NCBI GenBank assembly: GCA_002104905.1
Contig: MCFE01000422.1
Coordinates: forward strand, 1 to 64,000
Direction of reading: 5' to 3'
DNA from: Basidiobolus meristosporus CBS 931.73
Lineage: Eukaryota > Fungi > Basidiobolomycota
DNA: 64,000 bases
Shown here: piece by piece, positions 62,249 to 64,000 of the stretch
Position numbering within the stretch: position 1 is the first letter of the stretch
Layout: each line of letters begins with the position of its first letter
Program-made: the position numbers and the translations under genes
Notes under the pieces: generated by a model
Seen by the model: the letters and a program-made list of their open reading frames with translations, nothing else
What the model was told of the DNA's origin: nothing
The model's database searches: none

Positions 62249-64000
62249 AGATGTGATGTTCAGGTAGTATGCGAGTGAGGTGCCTTAGTGCGTCCTCACT
62301 AGCTTTTATATTGCTTCTGACAAAATTAATATATCTAAATAAGAGATCTTTTGATTGATGCAAGACGAAGTGCAGTAACCCTCTCGTGTTATTATGAAAA
62401 GTTGCAATTCAACCTTCGTTCCTGAATTATGACATCAAAATCCAGCTAGTTCTTCAAAAGAGCATTGGTGTAGAAGAAATATTTGAGGGCTTTATCAAGG
62501 TGCGTTAAGGGATCATCAGTCGATTTGCAGAATGCTGCATAATTCCACATGTGGCATCGAAGCGCATGAGTTTCAAATAAGGATGAGATGCAGATTAACA
62601 GCTGCGAAAGTCATCAATATATTCTCTACATGCAATGCTAAGGAGGGTGACAAATCAGTACTTTGAACAGAAGTCAAGTGGGAACTCATTCGTTGTAAAA
62701 TAAGTGTCGTAAGTAGATTTGTATGCATGATTCACACAAAACTGTATTGATCCATGAAGGGGATTTTTGTTGCCAGTTTATGACTTTGGGGTTCATATCT
62801 GTTGCAAAATTTTGTGTTACACCTGGTCATGAATTTAGGCCTCTTGTAGATATACTGCAGACTCTTTTAATGCTCCTAATTGCTTTCAAGTTCCGTTTCT
62901 ACTTGCTACTCACAGATCATTCCCATATTGGATATAACCTCCAAGACCCCACCTCGACTTGTTTAAAAGCTGTCTTTTCCTAAACATACATGACTCCGTC
63001 AAATTCTTCGTTGCCCACAACACTGGTTTCCCCAGATAACAGTAGATGATGATCCATACCAGAAGGTGCCATTCCTGAACTCCAACTATCCAACTGCACA
63101 CAAATATGCAGCTTTCACATTTGTTAGTTATAGTTTATCAGGATTCTCCGACTCGTCTAAATAGGTCTAAACCTTGCACATTGCTTTTTCAGTCATTCTC
63201 AATACATACTTATCAGTATTTTTACAAAGTTCTCTTATATATATTAGTATATTATTTGAGCTCAAGAAAGCAACAAGTAAATGCCATGCAAATCTTCTAG
63301 TCCTTTAAATCACCTACATCACTCCTAGTCATCTTCCAGTGTAGTAAACATATTTTACATACTAGACTTATTCCACTGTGCCATTGATCATAGAGCCAGA
63401 TGGTGCTGTCTATTTTGTTATCAATGTATTATATTGATATTGGGATCATATATAAGTCATTTTTGTCATGACCTGGCATGACAGGCACTCAATGGCCCTC
63501 TGCGGCATTATGATCAGCCAGAATGATGGAACAAGTCCACTATCCTTGTGCTACTAAAGTAATTTGGAAGCAAAAATCATGCTTTCTCTTATATCATCTT
63601 TTAGGTGAAACTTCTCAGAATGCATTAATTAATGAGAACTTGCATGTCTACTGTCTTATACATCTGATTAACGCAAACGTAAGTTAACTTCATTTATAAT
63701 AGTCTGGCAAAAAATAGCTCTGTAGCTAACATCATGGCACTTTACCATAATATATGGAATGTCGCGTCTGTTACAAATAATCATGGTGGCACCTAATTAT
63801 TTATGTAATACTTTTATGCTTGATTAGTATCTGGGAAGCAAATTTAGACTCGGAATTAATTTGGTTTAGGAAATACTACAAAGATAGATTTATATCAAAG
63901 TGTTCTCAATGACATTATACATTGCACGTCCATCGCATAGCTTTCCAAAAGAGGTGAAAACCTCCTTTTATTCTCCTTATCATCAAATTACTTTAGAGTT

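Noticed and set aside
1-64000. tRNA, rRNA, snRNA, CRISPR arrays, intact transposons, biosynthetic gene cluster
   Set aside because: No cloverleaf with A/B boxes, rRNA motif, repeat-spacer array, transposase/RT ORF or functionally coherent cluster was recognised by eye; tRNAscan-SE, Infernal and RepeatMasker would be needed to exclude them.

Overview
Eukaryotic, intron-rich fungal DNA. Short GT-AG introns of about 55-100 nt and the gene content point to an early-diverging, non-Dikarya fungus (Zoopagomycota/Mucoromycota-like); this is inference and the species cannot be fixed from the sequence. About 28 protein-coding genes were rebuilt by hand-splicing, several of them invisible or fragmented in the ORF track (YTA7, MZM1, velvet, CtIP/Sae2, CYSTM, DUF2011-like, C2-EML). 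Housekeeping genes: YTA7/ATAD2, MZM1, SYN8, NPC2, NFU1, LTA4H, DUS1, MIR1, POP7, COX17, TRP4, a GT34 glycosyltransferase, a TBC RabGAP, an alpha-arrestin, and MFS and EamA transporters. Regulators: a Con7-like C2H2 factor, a divergent velvet protein, a TM-RGS protein and a cAMP-receptor/Git3-like GPCR. The strongest leads are (1) a 3.5-kb gene fusing a Ca2+-type C2 domain to a complete EML/EMAP (HELP+WD40) microtubule-binding module, (2) a bacterial-type DUF1648 membrane protein that carries a spliceosomal intron (HGT candidate), (3) a TM-RGS fusion, (4) a small Med30-like coiled-coil gene, (5) a charge-altered velvet protein and (6) an orphan secreted protein. There is also a ~186-bp tandem duplication and several gene-poor stretches with possibly decayed reading frames. 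No rRNA, tRNA, CRISPR array or intact transposon was recognised. Exon boundaries are manual predictions.
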